Positions 46,917-56,857 of a stretch of DNA of 64,000 nucleotides are shown piece by piece. How positions within the stretch are numbered: position 1 is the first letter of the stretch; every line of letters begins with the position of its first letter. The notes beneath the pieces were generated by a model. The model made no database searches. It was not told the origin of the DNA and was given only the letters and a program-made list of their open reading frames with translations. The stretch is taken from the IMG/VR virus record IMGVR_UViG_3300037042_002125, positions 62,001 to 126,000 of that record; one strand, 5' to 3'. Position numbers and translations under genes: made by a program.

Positions 46917-47432
46917 ATGAAACTTGGATTTGAAGTAGAAGGTCGTTTGTCAGGCCTATACACTCTGTTTATGGACGCCAAAGAGGCTATGGAATTTTTC
47001 AACTACAAGTCTCTAAAGGATAGGTCGACTCCGAAAAGCGCAGTAGCAAGTGTTGAACGGGTTCAACAAATCTACGTAAGTGACCACGCCAACGACATAC
47101 AACCTTATGCCGACTGCCTAAAAAAGTGGTACGAATTAGGTCTACCTGTAACACTAGAGAGAACTGAGATATATAACAGAGACAGTTACTCCAAAAATGT
47201 AACCATCATGTTAACTATAACAGACACTGGTTCGCTTTTCAACGATAGTTTCTGGAATTTGTACGATACAGACCAAGTAAAGTTTAGCAGAACTACGTTT
47301 GACGGTAGTAACACAGTGCGGTGTATTACTGTTGGTAACATGATGCTAACGCAACCACAAGCCTTTGCTGACGATATAACGTTAAAAGTATCAACTGATA
47401 AGAAGTTCCTACTGCCAGGGTTACAAAAATGA
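46917..47432 (+). CDS. hypothetical protein
   Basis: 171-aa ORF with GAGG RBS. Confidence 0.7.
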   Translation: MKLGFEVEGRLSGLYTLFMDAKEAMEFFNYKSLKDRSTPKSAVASVERVQQIYVSDHANDIQPYADCLKKWYELGLPVTLERTEIYNRDSYSKNVTIMLTITDTGSLFNDSFWNLYDTDQVKFSRTTFDGSNTVRCITVGNMMLTQPQAFADDITLKVSTDKKFLLPGLQK

Positions 47433-48544
47433 ATACCAAAAAACAATTAGTGCTAGTCCCTCTTGAGCCGTTGTTTGAGCGGTACACAGAGTCCTGGTAC
47501 AGGAATATACCGCCTCTGTTTACCAAGCACGGCTTCGATGTGACGGTCATAGACGGTGTGACGTTGGAAGATGAAGTGAAGGTCGGAACCTTCTTGGACA
47601 TCAACAGCACAACCCATTACAAGTTTACTCAGCTACAAAAGATCAGCAAGATGTTTCATCAGCGGCAGATCAAAGATGGGTGCGTATTCTTTTTCTCCGA
47701 CACAGAGTTTTGGGGACTTGAGAGCGTACGGCTGTTGGCGCAAATGAATAACGTCAAGGTGTTCATAACTTCGTTCCTGCACGCCGCGTCCTACACAAAA
47801 GAAGACGCGTTCAGCGTTGCAGCCTATTACCAAAAATATACAGAGGTTGGTTGGATAGCCTGCAGTGATCTAGTATTTGTCGGTAGCCAGTACCACAAGC
47901 AGCAGGTCATAAGAGAACGTCTGCGTCCGTACGGGGCAAAGAACTTGGAAAGCAACTTGTATGTCAGTAAGAACCCTCTGTTCCTATCCGACTACCCAAG
48001 GGCCAATAACACAAATCTGTTGGCAGGCAAACAGAAAAAAGTTTTACTTACCAACAGGTTCGATACTGAAAAGCGGCCCAACGAAACCCTTGAGATGTTT
48101 GCCATACTTAAGCTAAGGTATCCAGATTGGGAGTTCGTTGTGACCACTGGCAGGTCAACCTTCCGAGGAACTGAGAGCGTGGTGTATGCCCGTAAGCTCG
48201 AGGCTGAGGGTGTGATCACTATAAAGGCAGGCTTGACAAAAGATCAGTACCACAAAGAGCTTGAAGAAGCAGCGATCATGGTAACTCATAGTATTGAGGA
48301 AAACTACGGTTATTGTCTTGCAGAAGCTTTGATCCACAAATGCCATGTGGTTGCCCGTAAAGGCTTATCTCACGATGAGTTCTTGCCCATGCAATTCTTG
48401 TTTGATAATGAGAAGGTTAGGGACTTTGACGTAACGTCCGATCTCATGGCTACGTTCAATACCTCTGACTGGCCTACTGTAAATGAAGTAGACACTAACG
48501 GAGCAGAGAACATTGCTCGAAGTCTAGAGAGGTTGGTTTTATGA
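47429..48544 (+). CDS. GT-B (GT4-like) glycosyltransferase
   Basis: RFDTEKR and EENYGYCLAEA (E-x7-E). Confidence 0.85.
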   Translation: MNTKKQLVLVPLEPLFERYTESWYRNIPPLFTKHGFDVTVIDGVTLEDEVKVGTFLDINSTTHYKFTQLQKISKMFHQRQIKDGCVFFFSDTEFWGLESVRLLAQMNNVKVFITSFLHAASYTKEDAFSVAAYYQKYTEVGWIACSDLVFVGSQYHKQQVIRERLRPYGAKNLESNLYVSKNPLFLSDYPRANNTNLLAGKQKKVLLTNRFDTEKRPNETLEMFAILKLRYPDWEFVVTTGRSTFRGTESVVYARKLEAEGVITIKAGLTKDQYHKELEEAAIMVTHSIEENYGYCLAEALIHKCHVVARKGLSHDEFLPMQFLFDNEKVRDFDVTSDLMATFNTSDWPTVNEVDTNGAENIARSLERLVL

Positions 48545-49848
48545 GCGTTCACCTAGTCCCTGCCGGGTGCGAGAGCTATTCTCAAAATAGCGCCCAAATT
48601 TTGGTTACAAGGGAACACAACAAGAAAGAATCAACAGAGTTTGGCGCAAAGTACAAACAGTGGTACACCCACGATAAGACTGTTAGCTTTGTATCTCGGT
48701 CGCAAGTCAACGGCGTGAACATTAAGCACACTGCTGACATCGCTGTTCCAATATCCAACGCCCTGTTTGTCCACGCCTGTGGGCTGACCAAGGTTTTGGC
48801 AAATCCAATCCATGGCGATTATGTCAAGAGCACCTTTGAAGACAAGGGCATAGAATCCATCATTGATAGTGGTGGGTTCCAGATGCTAACTGGCGCAGTA
48901 GACTTTGTCCACCCTGACGATGTGGTACGCAGGTACAACAAGTTGGCAAACATTGGGATGCCAATTGACTTGCCAGTCCGATCAAAGTTTGAAAAAGAGT
49001 ATTTCGATCCTGTTTCGAGAATGATCAAAGCCAACGATGATTATCTAATCCAGCGGCTTGACCCAAATATACACTTAGCTTTGATTAGCCACGGGACGTC
49101 TTTAGAAAGGAGAAAACGTCGTTTGGACGTTCTCGATCGCAAAGCTGAGGTAGTGGCAATAGCAGGTCTGAACATCAAACCGGAACCTGGCGTTGACCAT
49201 TACTTGAACATAATTGAGAATTTAATGTATGTGATACACAGGTACAGAAAGACTACTAGGTACTTTCACGTCCTGGGTGTAACAGCCAAATTCTGGATGT
49301 TCATGTATGCGCTGATTGAGGCAGAAGGTTACGTCAGAGAAATCGGCGCTGACTCAGTTAGCCACCGAATGGGTTCTCTGATTGGCATGGTTGACCGTTC
49401 AGACTTCACTGTCGTTGACATTCCAAAGAATCAAGTCTTCAAGCAGGCTATTCCTTGTGGGTGTCCTGTTTGCGTGGCGATTGATGACATCCGCATCCTT
49501 AACGCTGCGGCAATTCTCGAAGCTCACAACCTATGGGTAAAGGCTAAACAGACTGAGTTGATTGTAGACCTGGCAAGGCACTTCATAAAGAACGAGGTTA
49601 CGCTGGCAGAGATATCGAAGGTAATGAACCTGCGCATTGACCTGACGAAGTTTCAATACATGGTCAACTACACTCGCGAGATCATCGCCAGCGACAAGTT
49701 CAAGAGTATCAAACCGGCTCGCAGTACCAACAGCTTGTTCTCAGACATCATCTCAGAAGAGAACATAGATGAAGCGAACGTAGGCAAGGACAAGTACAAC
49801 GAGATTCTTATCAAGTACGAGAAATTTCACAAAAGAAAGTTTAGGTGA
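48541..49848 (+). CDS. tRNA-guanine transglycosylase-like protein (DpdA-like DNA base exchange)
   Basis: DSGGFQ, PIDLP, HVLG, ADS, zinc site CGCPVC...HN. Confidence 0.82.
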   Translation: MSVHLVPAGCESYSQNSAQILVTREHNKKESTEFGAKYKQWYTHDKTVSFVSRSQVNGVNIKHTADIAVPISNALFVHACGLTKVLANPIHGDYVKSTFEDKGIESIIDSGGFQMLTGAVDFVHPDDVVRRYNKLANIGMPIDLPVRSKFEKEYFDPVSRMIKANDDYLIQRLDPNIHLALISHGTSLERRKRRLDVLDRKAEVVAIAGLNIKPEPGVDHYLNIIENLMYVIHRYRKTTRYFHVLGVTAKFWMFMYALIEAEGYVREIGADSVSHRMGSLIGMVDRSDFTVVDIPKNQVFKQAIPCGCPVCVAIDDIRILNAAAILEAHNLWVKAKQTELIVDLARHFIKNEVTLAEISKVMNLRIDLTKFQYMVNYTREIIASDKFKSIKPARSTNSLFSDIISEENIDEANVGKDKYNEILIKYEKFHKRKFR

Positions 49849-49852
49849 CAGT

Positions 49853-50221
49853 ATGGCTACCGCACCTGTTAAAGCAAAACCTGCTGTAAAGACTGTTGGT
49901 GGGTTGATTTTTTGGCCAGTCAAGAAACCAGAACGATTCTACGCATCAGTTCGCTCTTGGGTAGAAGCTGGGTTGCCTGACGAAGCTTGGGTTTATGACT
50001 CAGCTGATACGTTGTCCAGCTGTCGTATTAAGATCGTTGATGCAACCTACTACAGAGGAATTTTCAACCGCATCCCACGGCTGTTGAAGCCAAAGGAAAA
50101 TAAGCTAATCTTCCCTAGCATCTTGTTGGTACCTATTACGCCAGCCCTCGCCAAGGACAAAGCAAAAGGCATCAAAGGTGCTAACACCAAAGAGCATCAC
50201 AGACTAAATTACGGAGCGTAA
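49853..50221 (+). CDS. hypothetical protein
   Basis: 122-aa ORF. Confidence 0.6.
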   Translation: MATAPVKAKPAVKTVGGLIFWPVKKPERFYASVRSWVEAGLPDEAWVYDSADTLSSCRIKIVDATYYRGIFNRIPRLLKPKENKLIFPSILLVPITPALAKDKAKGIKGANTKEHHRLNYGA

Positions 50222-50224
50222 ACC

Positions 50225-50653
50225 ATGACAACCATTAACACAGACAAAGAAACTCTAGTGATCTCTACACCTAGGCTTAGTAGGCTCAGCAGTCAAAAGA
50301 CAACCATATGGGTAAAGTTTACTCGACCTGGTATTCACTGCTACCTTAAGGCTCCAGATGAAGTGAAGTATCTTAGAGATCCTCACCGTCACAGTTTCCA
50401 TTTCAAAGTTGGCATCCAGGTTCATCACGATGACCGTGAAATCGAATTCCATATGTTCTTGAATTGGGTTACCGGCCTGTACGACAAGTCTATGCTCATG
50501 TTGGATTACAAATCTTGCGAAATGATTGCCGCAGAATTAGTTGGAGCAATTGCTTCTAAATACGATTGCAGTAATCGTTCAATCGAAGTAGAAGTTTCTG
50601 AGGATGGAGAATGTGGAGCCTGTGTCTACGACAATCCAGTTGGTATCTACTAA
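50225..50653 (+). CDS. QueD/PTPS-like T-fold protein
   Basis: GIHCY, HRHSFHF, SCEMIA, VEVSEDGE. Confidence 0.78.
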   Translation: MTTINTDKETLVISTPRLSRLSSQKTTIWVKFTRPGIHCYLKAPDEVKYLRDPHRHSFHFKVGIQVHHDDREIEFHMFLNWVTGLYDKSMLMLDYKSCEMIAAELVGAIASKYDCSNRSIEVEVSEDGECGACVYDNPVGIY

Positions 50654-50691
50654 CTATTCGACAGTAGAAAATATTTCAAAGAAATAAAATC

Positions 50692-50730
50692 GGCCGTTGC
50701 CTGGTAATTCTGGGCAACGGCCTTTCCTTT
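50692..50730 (+). terminator. intrinsic terminator
   Basis: GGCCGTTGCC/GGCAACGGCC stem then TTTCCTTT. Confidence 0.7.
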
Positions 50731-50829
50731 GCCTGCGTCATTTCAAAGATTTGCTGCACATTGTATTTTAATATATCACTGGACCAGCCTAACAGTGATT
50801 TAAGTTCAAAAACCCTACGTGGAGAATAC

Positions 50830-52443
50830 ATGCACAAACCAAATCTTAAGAGAGCTTCTCGGTTCGCCGAGATCGCTCGTAAGACTGGTGGTGTGTTTGT
50901 TTTCGCTACCCGGGACGCTACGTTGCCAAATGCGAAGGACGTAAGTGCAGAGATTGCAAAGCATAGTTTCGTACAATGCTCCTGCAAGAAATGCACCGCA
51001 GAATTTGCGTTTCCCAAAGTCGAAGGCGCACAGCCATTCTGTGTTGTCTGCGGCGATGGAAATGTAGAAGTCAAGGGAGAAGTGAAAGCGAGCATTGCCC
51101 CCGACGAAGAACTCTCGTATCTGACTTGCGCTGGTTGCGGAACGATTAACGCGTTTCATGCTGCCCTTGCAGGTGTAGGCAAACACATCCACTGCTCTGC
51201 ATGTGGTACTGATATGCTTGAAAAAGCTGCCGATGGAAGCGATGAGGGTGACGGTGAAGACATCGATTTCGATGAGGACACTGAAGAAGCTGCTGACGAT
51301 GCGCCAGAAGTTGACGATATGGAACTCCTCGATCTTGAGGACGACATTGAAGACACTGATGATGCTGTCGCAACTACGACCAATGAAGATCAAGTTGGCG
51401 TAAAACCCAATACGACTACATTGCCTGATGACGCTGGCGCAGACAGAGGCCCTGGTGCTCCTGACTCAGCCCTTGTTGATGGCAAGCCTGCTAACCCTGG
51501 TATCGAGCCAACCACTCAGAACCCAGGCGCCGTGGAGCCCAAAGTCACAAAGGCGGGTGCAGTCAAAGCTGATGCAGATGAAATGCCTGAAAATGACTAC
51601 GGAGATGAAACGATTGACATGGACCTAGTTGACGTCGAAGACGAAGACGAAACCCCAATTGAATCCGTATCGTTCTTCTACGGTGACAAGAAGGTGTTGC
51701 TGTCTGCCAAGGACCAAATCATTGCCACACTGGCCGAAGCGGATGCAGGTGCTTACAAGGATATGCTGCAAACTGAGCAGTTCCGTATGAGCGTCGCGCA
51801 CACCATCGAAACAGAAGGCTTGAAGAAGGCTCTGGCAACGTACAAGTTCAAACCCAGCAAGGTCACTGTCAAAGTTTCCAAGGTTGTGCAGGCGAAAGTC
51901 GATGCAGCTACTGAGAAACAACGGAAGACGGCCACTGCAGGTGCTGACACGTATGCCGAACAGTTCCAACACAGTCTGGATATTGCAGCCGCAGGTTACG
52001 CAGGTAATTTCTGGCGCAACAAACATGATCCGTTGAAGACTGCCTTGATTGCAGAGTTGGCGAGCCTAAACATTCGCAAACCTGAAAAGATCATTGACAA
52101 GATTTTCGCACAATACAGTGTCGCCCAATTCCGGGAAGTCATTGATGTTGCGCGCGAACTTGCCAAGAAGCCTGTCGTGGCTCTAAACGCATTGGCTGAG
52201 ACGATTGATTTGGTGAAGTACACCCCGACCGCGAACTTGAAAAAGCCCGTGACCGCTGGTGATGACGCCGATGAAGACGAATCAGTTGATGACGATGACG
52301 TTGATGACGATGAGACAGAAGATGAAGGCGAAGAGTTTGCTACCGCTACTCCCGTCGAAGTCGTAACGTCTTCGTTGAAAGACAGTTCGTTCAAGACTCC
52401 GGAATTGCGTCGCATTCTGGGTAATTCCTCTTCCTTCTTTTAA
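50830..52443 (+). CDS. prohead core/scaffold-like protein with N-terminal zinc ribbons
   Basis: four CxxC motifs, long acidic tracts, two genes upstream of the putative MCP. Confidence 0.55.
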   Translation: MHKPNLKRASRFAEIARKTGGVFVFATRDATLPNAKDVSAEIAKHSFVQCSCKKCTAEFAFPKVEGAQPFCVVCGDGNVEVKGEVKASIAPDEELSYLTCAGCGTINAFHAALAGVGKHIHCSACGTDMLEKAADGSDEGDGEDIDFDEDTEEAADDAPEVDDMELLDLEDDIEDTDDAVATTTNEDQVGVKPNTTTLPDDAGADRGPGAPDSALVDGKPANPGIEPTTQNPGAVEPKVTKAGAVKADADEMPENDYGDETIDMDLVDVEDEDETPIESVSFFYGDKKVLLSAKDQIIATLAEADAGAYKDMLQTEQFRMSVAHTIETEGLKKALATYKFKPSKVTVKVSKVVQAKVDAATEKQRKTATAGADTYAEQFQHSLDIAAAGYAGNFWRNKHDPLKTALIAELASLNIRKPEKIIDKIFAQYSVAQFREVIDVARELAKKPVVALNALAETIDLVKYTPTANLKKPVTAGDDADEDESVDDDDVDDDETEDEGEEFATATPVEVVTSSLKDSSFKTPELRRILGNSSSFF

Positions 52444-52457
52444 TCCAGGAGAAATAC

Positions 52458-53135
52458 ATGCTTTACTTTCCCCAAGGTCGTACCTACATCAGCCAGGAAT
52501 TCCCTGTTGCTCTGGGCGCTACCGTCCCCGCAGAAGGCTTGGCCCTTGTTGCAAACACGTCCAACGGTTCTTTCGGTGTTCAGCCTTCTAATGCTGCCGC
52601 TGGCGAGAAGTTTGTTGGTATCTCGATCTCCATGCAAATGACGATCACAAGCCTGGCTCGCGTTGAGACGCAAGTCGTTCCTGCCAGCAACACGCTGACT
52701 CTGGAACGCGCTCCGTCCGCTGGTACCACGTCAGTTTATGACGTGACTGCTGGCGCCGTTGTGCCGTCTGCTGGTCCCGGCGCATGGTCTCTGATTGGCG
52801 ATACGCTGACTTTGACTGCTGCTGAAACTGGCCATGAAGTTAACGTGTCCTACAAGTTTGCTGTGACGGCGCAAGAGTCGATGCAAATCCAAGGCGACAT
52901 CTATCCGGGCGGCGCTGCTGGTCTGGTTGTTGGCCAAGTCGGTGTGCTCAAGAACGGTACGGTCTTCACGTCCGAGTTTGACACCACGCAAAATTGGAAC
53001 GTTGCCAATCCGGTCGTAACGACTGGCTTGGACGGCCAATTCACTATCGGCGGTGCTGGTGATACGGTCCAAGGTTTTGTGGTGAATGTGCCTTCGGCAA
53101 CTTCCCCTTACCTTGGTCTGAACCTGACCAACTAA
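52458..53135 (+). CDS. virion structural protein (head decoration-like)
   Basis: beta-rich G/A/T/V composition, biased codon usage, precedes putative MCP. Confidence 0.6.
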   Translation: MLYFPQGRTYISQEFPVALGATVPAEGLALVANTSNGSFGVQPSNAAAGEKFVGISISMQMTITSLARVETQVVPASNTLTLERAPSAGTTSVYDVTAGAVVPSAGPGAWSLIGDTLTLTAAETGHEVNVSYKFAVTAQESMQIQGDIYPGGAAGLVVGQVGVLKNGTVFTSEFDTTQNWNVANPVVTTGLDGQFTIGGAGDTVQGFVVNVPSATSPYLGLNLTN

Positions 53136-53166
53136 GCTATCACCAACACTTAACTTAAAAGGAAAC

Positions 53167-54219
53167 ATGATGCGAATCAAAACTCCCGTGCTCGCTACCG
53201 AGTATCGCTTCCAGGGCTCCAACGAGCGTGCTGTCGGTGCAAATGGTGACTTGAATGCCGGCTCCAAACGCGAACTGCTTCAACGTCAATTGATGCTGGT
53301 CCAGGCTACGGCCAACGGCGAAGTGACCACTGCTGGTAAATTGGAACGCGCTCGTAAGAGCCGCGAACTGATCGAAGCAATGTTCAACAACGACGCTGTC
53401 CACAAGGAACTCGGCGAAACGATGGGCAAGGACTTGTACCTGACTGCCAATCGCCGCGGTTTTGCTCGTAAGTTTATGAGCCGTCAAGACCTGCTGCCTG
53501 GTCAATTCCCGGTTGTCAAGCTGCGCCGGAAAGACGTTACGGTTGTGTACGCAACTTCGCCTACCAAGACGGAATCGCAAATCACCCGTGACAAGATCTT
53601 CACGCCGCCGGAAGTCATCCTGGAAGCTCGTCCGTTCATCGAACTGCGCGAAATCAACACGTCGACCTCCGACGTGTTGGACGAGAAGTTTGGTGAAGCT
53701 CTGGAAGCTATCATGGTCGGTGAAGACCGTCTGTGGAAGCGCCAAGCTGACAGCACCATTGGCCTGGACAACGACCTGAGCATCATCTCTGGTACGCTGA
53801 CCCCGCTGACTTTGATGGAAGTGCGTCAGAACGTTGCACGTTGGAACCTGCCGGTCCCGTCGCTGCTGATGGCATCTGATCTGTACACTGACATCGTCGG
53901 TGACACCACGTTCATCCAAGCGATTGAACCGGTTGCACGTCATGAGCTGATTATGACTGGCGAACTGGCTATCCTGTACGGCATGGCAATCACTAGCGAT
54001 GCATATCGCCATCCGGAACACCGCGTTCTGAATCAAGGCGAGTTCTATGCAATCAGCGACCCGATCACCCATGGTCAGTACACTGATCGTGGCGGCGTTG
54101 ATACGGAAGCAATCTCCGGCGCAACTGAGAAGATTCCTGGCAAGGGCTGGTGGGTCTATGAGTCTTACTCCTCAGTGATTGGTAATACTCGTTCTGTTGC
54201 TAAGGGCATCCGCCAGTAA
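53167..54219 (+). CDS. major capsid protein
   Basis: 350 aa, strong high-expression codon bias, head-module position, followed by a hairpin. Confidence 0.75.
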   Translation: MMRIKTPVLATEYRFQGSNERAVGANGDLNAGSKRELLQRQLMLVQATANGEVTTAGKLERARKSRELIEAMFNNDAVHKELGETMGKDLYLTANRRGFARKFMSRQDLLPGQFPVVKLRRKDVTVVYATSPTKTESQITRDKIFTPPEVILEARPFIELREINTSTSDVLDEKFGEALEAIMVGEDRLWKRQADSTIGLDNDLSIISGTLTPLTLMEVRQNVARWNLPVPSLLMASDLYTDIVGDTTFIQAIEPVARHELIMTGELAILYGMAITSDAYRHPEHRVLNQGEFYAISDPITHGQYTDRGGVDTEAISGATEKIPGKGWWVYESYSSVIGNTRSVAKGIRQ

Positions 54220-54304
54220 CACTTCGAGCTAAGTAATAGTGTGCCTGCCCTTATTCACGTGAAGGTGGGCCCTACTCTTAAATACCAATCAACTGGAGAA
54301 GATC

Positions 54305-55291
54305 ATGCGATATTCAAAATCCCTTGATTTGCTTATTGCTGCGGTGACCTTTGGTCGCCAAGGTGATACAAACAAGGCCGCGATTTGCTTCGACAAGGCA
54401 TTGGCAATGAAGGATCTCGGTCCTACTATTGCCGCGCTGGAAAGAAGCCAAGCTAAGGCTCACGTTGAGCTGACGGCTTCATTGACCAAGAAAAAGAAGA
54501 CTACTGCCCAGTTGATGGCTGAGTTGGCTGCAAAACGCCGCAAAGCTCAAACGGCTGCCGGTAAGCTTCCTTTCCCTGGCGCTGCTCCTCCGTTCAAGAA
54601 GAAATCTGAATCCGAAGCTGCTGACGATGAAGGTGATTCTTTTGACGATATTGCTGATGACATGACCGTTGGTAACGGCCCTGCTGGCAATTCTCGTCCG
54701 GTTAACGGACCCTTTGGCGGCGGATCAACCGCAGCTTTCGGTGAAGACGAAGCCGAGGATGACGAAGAGCTAGACACAGACGACCTCGACGAAGAAGATG
54801 CTGACCTCGAAGACATTGACGAAGGCTTCAACGACGTCATGGAGAACCTTGACCCTAGCATCCCCTCTGTAGACGGCGAAGGCCAACCAGGTGATGACAA
54901 CTCAGAAGTGTCGGAAGCTGATGACGAGGAAGATGACGAAGATGAAGATGACGAAGATGAAGATGACAAAGACGGCGAAGAAGATGCTGGCTTTGACAAC
55001 TACTCCAAGGACAAACAAGCTAAATACTTGTTGAATCATCCAGGTTCCAAGCATCACAAGAAGCCAAAGAAGGCGGCTCCGAAGCCTGCGGCAAAGCCTG
55101 CTCCTAAACCGAAAAAGAAAGCTAAAGCTGACTTTGACGGCGACATGGATGAAGATGACGGCTTTGAGGGTGTAGAAGACCTTGACGAGGATATGGAAGA
55201 ATCGCGAGCTATTGCATCTCGCGTGAAACGTGTCCAAGCCAACCTCAAAGCTTTGGCCAGGCTTTCTAGCACCAGCAAGACTAGTAAGTAA
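54305..55291 (+). CDS. acidic low-complexity head-associated protein
   Basis: D/E tracts with KPAPK segments; follows MCP. Confidence 0.65.
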   Translation: MRYSKSLDLLIAAVTFGRQGDTNKAAICFDKALAMKDLGPTIAALERSQAKAHVELTASLTKKKKTTAQLMAELAAKRRKAQTAAGKLPFPGAAPPFKKKSESEAADDEGDSFDDIADDMTVGNGPAGNSRPVNGPFGGGSTAAFGEDEAEDDEELDTDDLDEEDADLEDIDEGFNDVMENLDPSIPSVDGEGQPGDDNSEVSEADDEEDDEDEDDEDEDDKDGEEDAGFDNYSKDKQAKYLLNHPGSKHHKKPKKAAPKPAAKPAPKPKKKAKADFDGDMDEDDGFEGVEDLDEDMEESRAIASRVKRVQANLKALARLSSTSKTSK

Positions 55292-55338
55292 GTTTGCGCT
55301 GAACTAAATAGGGCGAACACAGTCCGTTGCAACAAAGT

Positions 55339-55387
55339 GGGCAGGCCTAGATCTAAGCACGTTTTAGGTTTAGCCTGCCCCTTTTTC
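55339..55387 (+). terminator. intrinsic terminator
   Basis: GGGCAGGC/GCCTGCCC stem then CTTTTT. Confidence 0.7.
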
Positions 55388-55399
55388 ATTTAGGCCCCT

Positions 55400-56158
55400 A
55401 TGTCAGTCCCCCTTCCCAATCCCAACCAGCTAGACCAACGGATCAATCCGATTGAGGCCTTTATTTACAAAGGGCTGGCCGATCGTTTTTACCAGGTGTT
55501 CGGCGCGGTACTTACATATACGACTTCACAAGATAAGAAAGCTGCGCGAGCCAAGATGCTTGGCAACAAGGATACTGGTTATCCTATGGCGTTCGCTGTT
55601 TTGAAAACAATTGCTGTTGATGAGACTAGGTACTCTCCTAAGTCTCTGCTCTTGCGCGGCGTAACTTCTGGCGCATCTTCAGACAGCAAGCTAACCTACA
55701 AGGCTCAATTTGTGCCTGTAGTGATCTCATTTGAAATAACCTTTCTCAGTCAAGACATAAAAGAAGTGACAGCCTTGGCTAAAGAATGGATATTTGCCTC
55801 AATTGGTGGGTACCTGAAATTCTCTGTTAGTTACGGAGTAGTTGACCTTGACATAGGCAATGATCTTGATAGAGAAGTACAGATACCAGAAAAGAAAGCT
55901 GGTCTCTCCGATGTCAATGAATACGAAATGATTACTAACATGCGTGTTCTAGGATATCTCAGCCCAGATAATTTGTCTAAGGTACAGGCAGTCACCGACC
56001 TTAAAATCCAAGGTCTGATGGGTCCCCAAGCAGATTATGAAGCATTGAAAAATGCTACCCAAGGACATAACGGACAGATCTTCATGTTTAATAGGCAATG
56101 GAATTCTATCCCTGGTCCAGAAGGTTCTTACCAAGATCCAAAAACACCCGGTGCTTAA
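55400..56158 (+). CDS. neck/tail-completion-like structural protein
   Basis: position between head genes and sheath. Confidence 0.5.
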   Translation: MSVPLPNPNQLDQRINPIEAFIYKGLADRFYQVFGAVLTYTTSQDKKAARAKMLGNKDTGYPMAFAVLKTIAVDETRYSPKSLLLRGVTSGASSDSKLTYKAQFVPVVISFEITFLSQDIKEVTALAKEWIFASIGGYLKFSVSYGVVDLDIGNDLDREVQIPEKKAGLSDVNEYEMITNMRVLGYLSPDNLSKVQAVTDLKIQGLMGPQADYEALKNATQGHNGQIFMFNRQWNSIPGPEGSYQDPKTPGA

Positions 56159-56193
56159 TTTAATACGCACTTCATCTACACTGGAAACAGAAC

Positions 56194-56550
56194 ATGCCAA
56201 GTACAAATAATCAGGCTCTGCTATTAGACCTACAAGTCTTTCTTGCTACCAACAATATACGGCGAGGCGTCTTAAGTGTAGCAATCAACGCAGCAACCGA
56301 GAGCAATAATTTTGTTGAACAGACAATTGACGTTGCTGCATCTGGTACTAAAACCTACACATGCCTAACAGGAAATGTGTGTACGGTTATTCGCACTTCA
56401 ATACCTATTAACGTAGTGGTTACGAAAGGTATTGCAACTTTTTCTTTCACCATAAATTCTTTGTTCGTGTTTACGGATTCTATTTATCAACTGCTCTTTA
56501 CGAATCCAGATGCAACAAACATAGCAACGTTACGACTTGTCCAAATCTAG
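56194..56550 (+). CDS. hypothetical structural protein
   Basis: 118-aa beta-rich ORF. Confidence 0.6.
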   Translation: MPSTNNQALLLDLQVFLATNNIRRGVLSVAINAATESNNFVEQTIDVAASGTKTYTCLTGNVCTVIRTSIPINVVVTKGIATFSFTINSLFVFTDSIYQLLFTNPDATNIATLRLVQI

Positions 56551-56585
56551 TCATAACAAATTCAAAACCTCAACCGGAGATCACA

Positions 56586-56768
56586 ATGCCTCTAATCAAT
56601 ACGCTTAAGAGTGGCGTTACGCTCAAGATAGTTAACGCTGAAGGTAAAAAGGATTCAGTCAACATCCAACCTAAAGGTAAAATTCATTTACCTCAAGGCT
56701 GGCGCATTGACCCGGCTTTTGCACGAGAGTACGAAAGCTTTGTGATGAACACCGCTAAACCAAAGTAA
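56586..56768 (+). CDS. small hypothetical protein
   Basis: GGAG RBS; directly before sheath. Confidence 0.65.
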   Translation: MPLINTLKSGVTLKIVNAEGKKDSVNIQPKGKIHLPQGWRIDPAFAREYESFVMNTAKPK

Positions 56769-56857
56769 ATCTAACGTCCCTATTGTAATTTAATACAGTA
56801 GGATAACCCAACTGCGTCTGCTGAGACGTTTCCCAATTTCTCGAAGGAGAGAATTCA

